Shown here piece by piece: positions 17,912-27,527 of a stretch of DNA of 59,448 bases. Both the position numbers and the translations under genes were made by a program. The notes under the pieces are model-generated. The model had not been told where the DNA came from. It saw only the letters and a list, made by a program, of their open reading frames with translations, and searched no databases. The stretch covers positions 1 to 59,448 of the forward strand of contig JABSSA010000043.1 in assembly GCA_013214665.1 (NCBI GenBank). The letters are read 5' to 3'. This DNA comes from Paracoccaceae bacterium (GTDB lineage: Bacteria; Pseudomonadota; Alphaproteobacteria; Rhodobacterales; Rhodobacteraceae). How positions within the stretch are numbered: position 1 is the stretch's first letter; each line of letters starts with the position of its first letter.

Positions 17912-19543
17912 GTGACATCTAAAGCCAGCCTGGGGAGGATATCTGGTTTGAACACGCAAGACTATTCTGCATTTTTTGTATTTGGCGACAGCCTTAGCGA
18001 TAACGGCGCGATCTTTGCGTTAACGGGGGGCACATTCCCGCCAACGGCCCTAAGCGGGACCGATCTTGCCGGCAATCCGGTTGATTTTGCTGCGCGCGAT
18101 ATTCAATTCAACCAACGCTTTACCAACGATCTCGTCTATGCCGAGATTGCCGTGGATGCGATGGGGATCGGCGGCGACAACTCAACCTTTTACGACGATC
18201 AAAGCGGATCGAATTTTGCCGTAGGCGGCGCGCGTGCCAGTGATCTGAGCGCTTTTGGCAGCCCGTCAGCCAACACATTGGCAGATCAGGTTGGTGTCTT
18301 TTCGCAAGCCATCCAGGGCCTGCCGGGATCAGATGAGGAGCGTCAGGCGTTTTTGGCCAATTCCGCGGCGTCGGTTTTTATGGGGCTCAACGACCTTAAC
18401 GCAATCGGTGGTGCGGCTTTGGCCACGGGCACACTTGATCTGAGCGTGATTCAGGCCGGTGTTGGCACGTTGCTCGCGCAATATGGCGCAGCTGCACAGA
18501 CGCTGGCCGGGACGGGTGTGGGCACCATCGTTCTGAACCTGTTGCCACCGGGCAGCTTTTTCCCAGCCAACGACGCCTTGATCGCCTTTTTGGGCGAGGG
18601 CGGGCGCGAAGTGATCGACAGCGTGCCAGCTTCGGTCAACGCCGGTATCCAGTAGATCGGCGCCGGTCTCGCGGCGGCAGGTGTCAACGTGCTTTACGTT
18701 GATTTCGAAAGCCTCGCCTTCGAGATCATGGACGACATCGGAACATTCGGCTTCCAGTCGCTTACCAACCTGCTGCCCAACAGCGATGCACAAACCACTT
18801 TGTTGGTGGATGATATCCCAATCGAAGAGATTGGCTTCATCGACCCGGTGCATTTCACAAGTCAGCTGCATGAGATTTTTGCGGGTTTCCAAGCGCATGC
18901 TTTGGGCACCGAACAGCTGGACGGCACGGACGGCAAAGAGGTGTTGTATGGCGGTGGTGATAACCAGACGATCTTTGCCCACGACGGCAATGATGTGGCG
19001 TTTGGTGGATCGGGGAATGACCTGATCTTTGCCGGAGAAGGTGACGACCGGGCGTACGGTAATGCGGGCGATGATGTCGTTTTTGCTGGCCACGGCGATG
19101 ACGTGGCGTTTGGCGGCGCAGGCTCTGACCTTGTGTCCAGCGGCTCAGGCGATGACGTGGTCAAAGCAGGCTCAGGCAATGACGCTGTAGCGGGCAACGC
19201 GGGGGATGATTTCGTTTCTGGTGGGCTGGGTGATGACCTGATCTTTGATGGGTCTGGCAGCGACCATGCTTCGGGCGGCAAAGGGGATGACGTCTTTATC
19301 TATCGCGCCGAATGGGCGGAAGCCACGGACGAAGATGTGTTCCTTGGCGGTCTGGGTGACGACACGCTGTTGATCGTGGCCAGCCAAACGGTGGATGATG
19401 TGGCCGCCTTTATGGACGACAATAATCTGACCGCTGTTAGCGTTGAAAACATTGAGGTGATCACTGCGGCTGAATTGGCGGATTACGACTTTGGCACGCT
19501 GGCTGGGGTTGCTGAAAGCGCTGATCTCTTCGGGTTCATGTAA
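17912..19543 (+). pseudogene. GDSL/SGNH lipase fused to RTX calcium-binding repeats (type I secretion-type substrate), interrupted by one in-frame TAG at 18653-18655
   Basis: Track ORFs 17912..18655 and 18689..19543 are in the same frame. Block I FVFGDSLSDNG and block III GLNDLN are in the first ORF; block V DPVHFT is in the second. Readthrough gives ...NAGIQ*IGAGLAAAGVNVLYVDFESL. Downstream lie about 12 GGxGxD-type nonapeptide repeats (GGSGNDLIFAGEGDDRAYGNAGDD...). Confidence 0.75.
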
Positions 19544-19570
19544 CCCAAACCGCAATTGCGAAACAGCAAA

Positions 19571-19599
19571 GCCGGGCCGCCAACGCGCCCCGGCTTTTT
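19571..19599 (+). terminator. Rho-independent terminator after the lipase/RTX gene
   Basis: GCCGGG, 12-nt loop, CCCGGC, then TTTTT. Confidence 0.65.
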
Positions 19600-19774
19600 C
19601 TTTGTTGCTTGAGTTTGGTGGGTGGCTTCGGCATGATCTAAACAGGCCTGCTCGGGCCTCCACCCTCCGATTGGGAAGCACCGCACGTGCAGAGCAGATG
19701 AAAGTGACCCTTGTCTCATTCGGGTATGCGCAGAAGGAGGGAATGCGCCAGCAGCTCGAAGAGGAGGACCACAA

Positions 19775-20488
19775 ATGCAGTTTTCAGCACCGATCTACCA
19801 TCTCAAGCGTCAGGCGCGTCAGATCTCGCGCACGCAACAGATACCCCTTCATGCCGCTTTGGATCAGGTGGCGCAGGCAGAAGGTTATCAAAGTTGGAGC
19901 CACTTGGTGTCGGCCCCGTCGCGGCGGAAACCCGTCGATCAGATTTTATCGCAGCTTGAAGCGGGATCTTTGGTGCTTTTGGGCGCGCGTCCGGGGCAGG
20001 GAAAGACCAGCTTGGGGCTGGAACTGGCTTTGCGTGCGGACCGGATCGGGCGGAGCGGGTTGTTTATGACGCTGGAGTATAACGCAGCGGACGTTGCTGC
20101 ATTGGCCCAAAGCCTCGGGGTGCAGGGGCCGGATATGTCTAAACGGGTGAGTGTCGACATGTCGGATGACATTTCCGCGCCATACATCATCGACCGGGTC
20201 CGGGCGCAGGAGCATCCGATGTTGGTGGTGGTCGACTATTTGCAGCTTATGGATCAAAAGCGCGTTTCACCGCCTCTCAATGATCAAGTGGAAAGTCTGC
20301 ACCGGTTCGCCAAAGAGACTGGCACGATCTTTGCCATGATTTCACAGATCGACCGCGCCTTTGATCTCAGTGGAAGGCCCATGCCTGATGTCACCGATGT
20401 GCGCCTGCCCAACCCGTTGGAAATGGCGCTGTTCGATCGGTTCTGCTTTCTGCACGACAGCCAGATCAGGCTGAGCAAAGCTGCCTGA
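19775..20488 (+). CDS. Orphan DnaB-C-terminal/RecA-fold ATPase with a ~45-aa N-terminal helical domain
   Basis: Walker A GARPGQGKTS, Walker B MLVVVDYLQLMD, and a DnaB-like SQIDR motif. N-terminus YHLKRQARQISRTQQIPLHAALDQVAQAEGYQSWSHL. GAGGAGGA RBS. Confidence 0.7.
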   Translation: MQFSAPIYHLKRQARQISRTQQIPLHAALDQVAQAEGYQSWSHLVSAPSRRKPVDQILSQLEAGSLVLLGARPGQGKTSLGLELALRADRIGRSGLFMTLEYNAADVAALAQSLGVQGPDMSKRVSVDMSDDISAPYIIDRVRAQEHPMLVVVDYLQLMDQKRVSPPLNDQVESLHRFAKETGTIFAMISQIDRAFDLSGRPMPDVTDVRLPNPLEMALFDRFCFLHDSQIRLSKAA

Positions 20489-20497
20489 TCCCAGGCT

Positions 20498-20899
20498 TTA
20501 CTCTTCCGGCTTACCTTCGACAGGGCCGCCCTGCTTCTCCCAGGTTGAGAACCCCTCTTTCAGATGGGCGGCTTCAAACCCCATGTCTTGCAGGGTGGCG
20601 ACCGTGATGGCCGAGCGCCAGCCTGAGGCGCAATGGAAGACATACTTTTTGCCTTCTTGCCCGAAAACATCTTTGTAGTACGGGCTGTCGGGGTCGACCC
20701 AGAATTCAATCATCCCACGCGGCGCATGAAAGCTGCCCGGGATAAAGCCTGTGCGCTGCCGTTCGCGCGGGTCGCGGATATCCACGATGACGGTGTCAGG
20801 ATCTTCAACCCGCGCGATCAGATCGGCGGTTTCGATCTCTTCGATCCGGGCGCGGGCGTCCGCCACCATTTGAGCGGAAGATTTTTTGAGCGATGGCAT
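20498..20899 (-). CDS. Rhodanese-domain sulfurtransferase
   Basis: Active-site loop VFHCASGWRSA. AGGAGA RBS before the ATG at 20899; the track start at 20938 is less likely. Confidence 0.85.
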   Translation of the reverse strand: MPSLKKSSAQMVADARARIEEIETADLIARVEDPDTVIVDIRDPRERQRTGFIPGSFHAPRGMIEFWVDPDSPYYKDVFGQEGKKYVFHCASGWRSAITVATLQDMGFEAAHLKEGFSTWEKQGGPVEGKPEE

Positions 20900-21024
20900 G
20901 ACGGGTGTCTCCTGAAGCTTCTGGTATAGATATGGCAACGGGGGCGACGTGGGGCAAGCGGGTACGCCTTTGTTTGTCCCCTATCTCATGGGTCGCTAGG
21001 CTTGATGCGAAAAAGGGGGAAGTG

Positions 21025-21306
21025 ATGCGGTTCTTTTGGAGCTTTTTGTTGGTCTTGAGCGTGTCGAGCGCGGCCGCTGAAACGTATCAGTGCAACGCGC
21101 ATGGTGCTGTCGTTACAAAGCCGGATGGGACGGTTTTATATTTGGGAAAAAGCTGTGACGCGGCGGTGCAAAGCGGCGGCACTGGGTTCTGGTTTAACGC
21201 GGCCTCCTTTTTGGCAGTCTTTATTGGGCCGGATTTGGGAACCGCAAAAGCCTATCAGGTGCAGTCCGAAATTCCGTGTCTTGAGTTCTGTCAGGCCCCT
21301 GATTGA
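21025..21306 (+). CDS. Small secreted hypothetical protein (signal peptide, 4 Cys)
   Basis: MRFFWSFLLVLSVSSAAA/ETYQC... AAAGGGGGA RBS. No recognisable family. Confidence 0.5.
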   Translation: MRFFWSFLLVLSVSSAAAETYQCNAHGAVVTKPDGTVLYLGKSCDAAVQSGGTGFWFNAASFLAVFIGPDLGTAKAYQVQSEIPCLEFCQAPD

Positions 21307-21434
21307 GGCGTGTCGCATTTTGCGGTGGGCCGGGCTTTGACCGCAATGAATATCTTGCAATCGGTTCGCTTCGGCGCAACTCTGCACCTGACTAAAGCGG
21401 CGCGTTGAGACCGCCAAATTCCAAGAGGTTCACG

Positions 21435-22184
21435 ATGACACATTCCCCCCTGGCTCTTGTTACAGGTGGCGCGCGCGGTATTGGATACGCATGTGCCGAG
21501 GCATTGAAGGAAGACGGGGCGCAGATCATTTTGGCGGATATCGACCCCGACACTTTGGCGGAGGCTGCCAAAACGCTGAACCCGCTGGCCACCTATGTGT
21601 GCGATATGGGCGACAAGGATGCCGTCAATGCTTTGTTCGATAAGATCGAAGCGGAGCATGGGCCAATCAGTCAGTTGGTGAACAACGCCGGCGTGTCGAT
21701 GCCTGGCGAGTTTCTGAGCTATGATGTCGATGATTTTGAGCGGGTTTTAAACATCAATTTGCTTGGTGTGTTTGTCGCCACGCAACGGGCCGCAAAAGGG
21801 ATGGTGGCAGCAGGGATCGAAGGGGCGATTGTGAATATGTCGTCGATCAATGCACAGGTCGCTATCCCCGGCATCCCGGCTTATTGCGCGTCCAAAGGCG
21901 GTGTGATGCAGCTGACGAAATCCGCAGCGCTGGCGCTCGCGCCGCACAAGATCCGGGTGAATGCGGTCGGGCCGGGCTCTATCGACACGGCGATGCTGGC
22001 GAGCGTGAATGCCAACCCGGCTGCCATCGCGACTGCGATGAGCCGTACGCCATTGCAACGTTTCGGCGAGGCGCGCGAAATCGCGGATGCGGTGGCTTTT
22101 CTGTGCTCCCAAAAGGCCAGCTATATCACCGGCGAAACCATCTATGTTGATGGTGGGCGCATGGCCCAGAACTACCCGGTTTAA
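21435..22184 (+). CDS. Short-chain dehydrogenase/reductase (SDR)
   Basis: LVTGGARGIGYA, NNAG, and YCASKGGV (catalytic YxxxK). AAGAGG RBS before the ATG at 21435. Confidence 0.85.
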   Translation: MTHSPLALVTGGARGIGYACAEALKEDGAQIILADIDPDTLAEAAKTLNPLATYVCDMGDKDAVNALFDKIEAEHGPISQLVNNAGVSMPGEFLSYDVDDFERVLNINLLGVFVATQRAAKGMVAAGIEGAIVNMSSINAQVAIPGIPAYCASKGGVMQLTKSAALALAPHKIRVNAVGPGSIDTAMLASVNANPAAIATAMSRTPLQRFGEAREIADAVAFLCSQKASYITGETIYVDGGRMAQNYPV

Positions 22185-22308
22185 ATGGTTTCGCGGATGC
22201 GATGTGTCTTTCCTATTTGGCGTTTGAAGCGGGTGAAACCGCTGCATTACCAACCGCCACCTGAGGTGCTCTGAACCCATAACGTTCAGGGCATTTCAGG
22301 AGGATCAC

Positions 22309-23847
22309 ATGACACAACAGCCCAATATCGTCGTCATTATGGCGGATCAGTTGGCACCGCATTTTTGCGGGGCGTACGGACACAAAACAGCCAAAACCCC
22401 AAATATCGATGCGCTCGCCGCCCGAGGTATGCGTTTCGACGGGGCCTATTGCAATTCACCGCTTTGCGCGCCCTCGCGCTTTGCATTCATGTCGGGCCAA
22501 CGGGTGAGCCGGATCGCGGCCTATGACAACGCCAGTGAATTTCCAGCGTCGGTTCCGACGTTTGCGCATTACCTGGCGATGCTCGGGTACCACACGTGCC
22601 TTTCGGGCAAGATGCATTTTGTTGGACCAGACCAGAAACACGGGTTCCGTGATCGCATTACGACCGACATCTACCCCTCCGATTTTGCCTGGACCCCGAA
22701 TTGGGATCAGCACGAAGAGCGGATCGACAAGTGGTATCACAATATGCAGACAGTCAAGGAAAGCGGCCGCGCGGTGGCCACCTTCCAGACAGATTACGAC
22801 GACGAGGTGGAATATGCCGCACGCCGGTGGCTGGTGGATCGGGGCCGAGATCGGGCAGGGGGTGATCAGACACCGTTCTGTCTGGTGACCAGCTTTATTC
22901 ACCCGCACGACCCCTATGTTGCCAAGCCCGAGTGGTGGGATCTGTATTCTGATGACGAGATTGATCTGCCGGAATACCCGCTGACCCCGGATCAGCAGGA
23001 TCCGTTTGGCCGTCGGGTCATGGATGGGATCGAAGCCAGCGATGTGCCGCTAACCGAAGAAGAGGTGCGCCGCGCGCGGCGGGCATATTTGGCCAACGTG
23101 AGCTATTTCGACAGCAAGGTCGGTGCCATGGTCAAGGCGCTTGAGGATATCGGAGAGCTCGACAACACAATTGTTATTGTCACCTCTGATCACGGCGACA
23201 TGCTGGGCGAGCGTGGCTTGTGGTATAAGATGACCTTTTTCGAACATTCTGCGCGCGTTCCCTTGGTCATGGCCGGGCCGGGCGTGGTGCAAGGCGCTAC
23301 ACCCAATGCCTGTTCCTTGGTCGATCTGTTGCCGACGTTCCTGGACGCAGCGGATGGCGGCACAGATATATTGGCCGAACCGGTGGATGGGCGATCCTTG
23401 ATGCCTTTGGCGCGGGGCGAAAACGACCCGGTTGACGAGGCCATAGGCGAATATTGCGCTGAGATGACGTCGCACCCTGTGTTTATGATCCGCCGCGGCA
23501 CGCTGAAGTATATCCACTGCGACGCAGATCCGGCACAGCTTTATGATCTGAGCATCGATCCGATGGAGAAGGTAAATCTCGCCGCCGATCCGACCTATGC
23601 CAAACAGGCGCAGGCCTTTGCCGAAGAGGTGCGCGCCACTTGGGACACTGCGGCCTTGCGCGAAGATGTCATGCGCAGGCAGCGGTCACGCCTGAAACTT
23701 CATGCGGCGATGGATGCCGGGGCAGGGGCGCATTGGGATTACGATCCGCCGTCAGATGCGACACAGCAATATGTGCGCAATCACATGGATTGGACAGTCG
23801 CAGCAGACCGATACCGGCTGGATGTGGTTGAAGATCGCGAAAGCTGA
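22309..23847 (+). CDS. betC: Choline sulfatase
   Basis: NIVVIMADQLAPHF...YCNSPLCAPSRFAFMSGQ is a sulfatase Cys-type active site. The 512-aa length is typical of BetC. Confidence 0.8.
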   Translation: MTQQPNIVVIMADQLAPHFCGAYGHKTAKTPNIDALAARGMRFDGAYCNSPLCAPSRFAFMSGQRVSRIAAYDNASEFPASVPTFAHYLAMLGYHTCLSGKMHFVGPDQKHGFRDRITTDIYPSDFAWTPNWDQHEERIDKWYHNMQTVKESGRAVATFQTDYDDEVEYAARRWLVDRGRDRAGGDQTPFCLVTSFIHPHDPYVAKPEWWDLYSDDEIDLPEYPLTPDQQDPFGRRVMDGIEASDVPLTEEEVRRARRAYLANVSYFDSKVGAMVKALEDIGELDNTIVIVTSDHGDMLGERGLWYKMTFFEHSARVPLVMAGPGVVQGATPNACSLVDLLPTFLDAADGGTDILAEPVDGRSLMPLARGENDPVDEAIGEYCAEMTSHPVFMIRRGTLKYIHCDADPAQLYDLSIDPMEKVNLAADPTYAKQAQAFAEEVRATWDTAALREDVMRRQRSRLKLHAAMDAGAGAHWDYDPPSDATQQYVRNHMDWTVAADRYRLDVVEDRES

Positions 23848-24405
23848 TTGCGCTTTAGCGTCCGGTCGCGGGTATCGGTCCGCGGCCGGGTTTGAACACC
23901 CTTTGGAAATTGCGGAAAAACGGTGGAAAGATATTGGCAAATTGGCCCTAACCTGCCGCGTTGTGTGGCCTAGTTCACATAAGCGTCATCGAAACTCTGC
24001 GATAAAGCAGCGTCGGCGGCTAAACGGTCGCACGAATCGGTGGTGAAACGTCCCTTAAGGTTTGAGTTCTGCGCAGAAGTAAGTTCGTCCAACCCTATTT
24101 TGGCGCAGTGGTCCCAAACCTCTCCTTCACCATCCGGCGCGTGCATCGCGACGTTGACGGTTAAATGTCTGGCTTTGGGTGTCCGTCCCTAAATTCACTC
24201 AAGGTCGGTTTCTAAATGATAATTTCATCATTTCTGCCCCGGTCGCCCAGTGTGGCCGGGGCAATTTCGTGCGATCCATCTGTTTTCAGGAGTTTTCCGC
24301 TGGAGGAGTAGTCAAGCCAATCTGAACCTACATGGTCCGGCTTGATAAATCGCGTGTCGCAGGCATGCCATTTTGGCAATTGCCTACCCCTAAGGTTGGA
24401 AACAG

Positions 24406-24481
24406 TGGTGAGCCGTGCAGGATTCGAACCTGCGACCCACTGATTAAAAGTCAGTTGCTCTACCAACTGAGCTAACGGCCC
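24406..24481 (-). tRNA. tRNA-Lys (anticodon UUU), CCA encoded
   Basis: Reverse complement GGGCCGTTAGCTCAGTTGGTAGAGCAACTGACTTTTAATCAGTGGGTCGCAGGTTCGAATCCTGCACGGCTCACCA. The 7-bp acceptor stem, the ACTGA/TCAGT anticodon stem with loop CTTTTAA, and the GGTTCGAATCC T-arm all fold. Confidence 0.93.
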
Positions 24482-24596
24482 ACTGGCAGCGCACTTAAAT
24501 TGCGTGCGGATAAGGGTCAAGGGGTATCGGAGGGGTAATGCCAAGATTCCTTGCAACATCTGGTATCTGTGCCTTGCCCGCTTTATATCGGCGGCC

Positions 24597-25430
24597 ATGA
24601 TAGACCGCGCGACACAAGATTTGGCCTTCATGAAGATGCATGGCCTGGGCAATGACTTTGTTGTCATTGATGCGCGTACGCGCCCTGTCGAGATGACGGC
24701 GGGTCTTGCCGCGGCGTTGGCCGACCGGAACCGCGGCGTTGGCTTTGACCAGCTGGCCGTGATTGACGAGCGCGAGACCGGCCCGCATCTGACCTTTTTC
24801 AACGCGGATGGATCGACGGCGGCGGCTTGCGGGAATGCGACACGCTGTATCGCGCGCCATCTCATGCAGGACTTGGGCCAGGATCAATTGACGCTGACCA
24901 CCGACCGAGGGGCGTTGGCGACCTGTGATGCCGGGAATGGTCTGACCTCTGTGAATATGGGGCACCCTCTTTTGGATTGGGCCGAGGTTCCGCTGGCGGA
25001 AGCGATGGATACCCTGCATCTGCCAATTGAAGGGGCGCCCACAGCGACAGGGATGGGCAATCCGCATTGCACGTTTTTCGTGGATGATGCCGAGGCGGTT
25101 GATCTGACCACGTTTGGCCCGGCCCATGAGCATCATCCGTTGTTCCCGGAACGCACCAATGTGCAGGTGGTGCATGTTCTGGGGCAGGACCATCTGCGGA
25201 TGCGCGTGTGGGAACGGGGGACGGGAATAACCTTGGCCTCTGGCTCCTCATCTTGTGCCGTGGCCGTCGCGGCGCACCGGCGTGGGCTGACAGGGCGGGA
25301 TGTGCGGATTGATTTGGATGGCGGCGTTATCCAAATCTCGTGGAAAGACGACGGTGTGTGGATGACCGGGCCCACCCGGCACGTATTTACAGGCACGCTA
25401 ACCGCCGAGTTCTTGGAGCAGGTGTCATGA
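24597..25430 (+). CDS. dapF: Diaminopimelate epimerase
   Basis: FMKMHGLGNDFVVIDAR...GNATRC...GSSSCA (the two catalytic Cys). The start is uncertain: M32 of the track ORF was chosen. Confidence 0.9.
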   Translation: MIDRATQDLAFMKMHGLGNDFVVIDARTRPVEMTAGLAAALADRNRGVGFDQLAVIDERETGPHLTFFNADGSTAAACGNATRCIARHLMQDLGQDQLTLTTDRGALATCDAGNGLTSVNMGHPLLDWAEVPLAEAMDTLHLPIEGAPTATGMGNPHCTFFVDDAEAVDLTTFGPAHEHHPLFPERTNVQVVHVLGQDHLRMRVWERGTGITLASGSSSCAVAVAAHRRGLTGRDVRIDLDGGVIQISWKDDGVWMTGPTRHVFTGTLTAEFLEQVS

Positions 25431-26677
25431 CCGCGCCACGCTTCACCACGCTTGGATGCCGGTTGAACGCCTACGAAACCGAAGCCATGAAAGAACTGGC
25501 CGCACAGCATGGGCTGAACGATGCGATTGTGGTCAACACCTGTGCGGTGACAGCTGAGGCCGTTCGTAAAGCGCGTCAGGAAATTCGCAAATTGCGGCGC
25601 GAAAACCCGGATGCCAAGCTGATCGTGACGGGCTGTGCGGCGCAGACTGAACCGGAAACCTTCTCAGCGATGGGTGAGGTGGATGTGGTTGTGGGCAACC
25701 ACGAAAAGATGCAGCCGCAAACTTGGCAGTCTTTGGCAAACGATTTCGGCACCGAGCCTGTCATGGTCGATGACATCATGTCGGTTGAAGAAACCGCCGG
25801 GCATCTGATTGACGGTTTCGGTACCCGGTCGCGCGCCTATGTGCAGGTGCAAAACGGGTGTGACCATCGTTGTACCTTTTGCATCATCCCCTACGGCCGA
25901 GGAAATTCGCGGTCGGTGCCGGCAGGTGTGGTTGTTGACCAGATCAAGCGTCTCGTTGATCGGGGCTATAACGAGGTGGTGCTAACGGGTGTCGATCTGA
26001 CATCTTGGGGCGCGGACTTGCCAGCAACCCCGACGCTCGGAAATTTGGTTCTACGCATTCTGAAGCTTGTACCTGATTTGCCAAGGCTCCGAATCTCGTC
26101 CATCGATTCCATCGAAGTGGACGACGCCTTGATGCAGGCGATTGCGACCGAGCCGCGACTGATGCCGCATCTTCATCTGTCCTTGCAGCATGGCGATGAC
26201 CTTATCCTGAAACGCATGAAGCGCCGTCATCTGCGGGATGATGCGATAGGCTTTGTCGAAACGGCGCTTGGGTTGCGCCCGGACATGACCTTTGGCGCGG
26301 ATATTATCGCCGGTTTCCCGACCGAGACCGATGCGCATTTTGAAAACTCGCTGGCATTGGTGGATGAGTGTCATCTGACGTGGCTGCATGTTTTTCCGTA
26401 TTCGCCAAGACAAGGCACGCCTGCCGCGCGTATGCCGCAAGTTCATGGCGCTCAGATCAAAGCGCGCGCCAAAGCGTTGCGCGAAAAAGGCAAACTACGC
26501 GTGCAAGCGCATTTGGGTCAGCAGCTGGGACAAAATCATGCCGTGCTCATGGAAAACGCCCATATGGGCCGGACAGAGCAATTTGCAGAGGTCGTGATGG
26601 ACGCCCCACAGCAGGAAGGGGCGATCGTCTCTGCGTTGATCAAGGGCGCAACAGAAACGCAGCTTTTGGCGGCCTGA
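25427..26677 (+). CDS. mtaB: tRNA (t6A37) methylthiotransferase MtaB (radical SAM)
   Basis: FTTLGCRLNAYETEAM, CDHRCTFCIIP (CxxxCxxC), and a TRAM-like C-terminus. ATGA overlap with dapF. Confidence 0.88.
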   Translation: MTAPRFTTLGCRLNAYETEAMKELAAQHGLNDAIVVNTCAVTAEAVRKARQEIRKLRRENPDAKLIVTGCAAQTEPETFSAMGEVDVVVGNHEKMQPQTWQSLANDFGTEPVMVDDIMSVEETAGHLIDGFGTRSRAYVQVQNGCDHRCTFCIIPYGRGNSRSVPAGVVVDQIKRLVDRGYNEVVLTGVDLTSWGADLPATPTLGNLVLRILKLVPDLPRLRISSIDSIEVDDALMQAIATEPRLMPHLHLSLQHGDDLILKRMKRRHLRDDAIGFVETALGLRPDMTFGADIIAGFPTETDAHFENSLALVDECHLTWLHVFPYSPRQGTPAARMPQVHGAQIKARAKALREKGKLRVQAHLGQQLGQNHAVLMENAHMGRTEQFAEVVMDAPQQEGAIVSALIKGATETQLLAA

Positions 26678-26789
26678 TACTCGGACGCATTTATTTGCAC
26701 TGCTGTAACGTATCCTGCCACAGGCAAACTCTTCTATTGGACCTGCACGCAAATGAGGTCTAAGGTAGGCCCTGCGAAGAAGGGTCATC

Positions 26790-27464
26790 ATGTCGCAACT
26801 TGCATTTCCACAATCCGGATTCTTGTCCGAAGCTTCACCAGCACTTTTGAAAATGCTGGACGAGCTGGCCACCGAAGTCACGCTGAGCAAGGGGCAAACA
26901 CTCTTTGAGCTTGGGGACGAAGGTGATGCGTTGTTTGCTATCGTCGAAGGCGCGGTCGAATTTTCAACCTACTCCATTGATGGACGTCGTCTGGCGCTTG
27001 AAATCATGCGCGAAGGTGAGCTCTTTGGAGAGATTGCCTTGTTTGATCCCGGCGAACGCACGGCCAGCGCATCTGCGGTCGAGCCGACAAAACTGCGTAA
27101 GGTCAAAAACGGTGACGTGCTGCGCGCCATTCAGGATCAGCCGGAGTTGGTGATTGATATGATCGCTCTGGCAGGACAGAGGATGCGCTGGATGAACCGC
27201 CAACTCAGTGAGCAGGTCTTTTTGCCGATGCCGGTCCGGCTGGCACGCAAGATCTTGCATCTCACCAGAGATGAGGCCGCGGCGGAACCAACGTTGTCTT
27301 TGTCACAATCCGAACTGGCAGAATTTGTCGGCGCAACGCGCGAAGCTGTGTCCAAAACAATTTCCCAATGGAAAAAGCAAGACGTTATCCAAAGCAGCCG
27401 GGGTGGGCTGCGCGTTTTGGATAAGGTTGCGTTGGAAAAAATCGCAGAATTTGAAGAAATATAA
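26790..27464 (+). CDS. Crp/Fnr-family transcriptional regulator (cNMP-binding domain plus HTH; lacks the FNR cysteine cluster)
   Basis: LFELGDEGDALFAIVEGAVEF...GELFGEIALFD; HTH SQSELAEFVGATREAVSKTISQWKKQDVI. Confidence 0.85.
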   Translation: MSQLAFPQSGFLSEASPALLKMLDELATEVTLSKGQTLFELGDEGDALFAIVEGAVEFSTYSIDGRRLALEIMREGELFGEIALFDPGERTASASAVEPTKLRKVKNGDVLRAIQDQPELVIDMIALAGQRMRWMNRQLSEQVFLPMPVRLARKILHLTRDEAAAEPTLSLSQSELAEFVGATREAVSKTISQWKKQDVIQSSRGGLRVLDKVALEKIAEFEEI

Positions 27465-27527
27465 AGCCAGCATTTGGGTTGCGAGCGGGCAAAGAGCCGC
27501 TGGCAACCAAAGCGAGGTTTGCGGCCC

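Noticed and set aside
18950-19290. Periodic ~27-nt repetition that could be taken for a tandem or CRISPR-like array.
   Set aside because: The repetition is in frame and encodes RTX GGxGxD nonapeptide repeats inside a CDS. It has no spacer/repeat architecture and no cas genes.
23970-24146. A 58-aa minus-strand ORF (MHAPDGEGEVWDHCAKIGLDELTSAQ...) in the betC/tRNA spacer.
   Set aside because: It has no Shine-Dalgarno sequence, third-position GC of only about 57% by my count, and no recognisable family. It is kept only as a remote possibility under the spacer finding.
24212-24865. A 217-aa minus-strand ORF.
   Set aside because: It runs straight through the tRNA-Lys gene and the dapF 5' end, and has no protein-family features.
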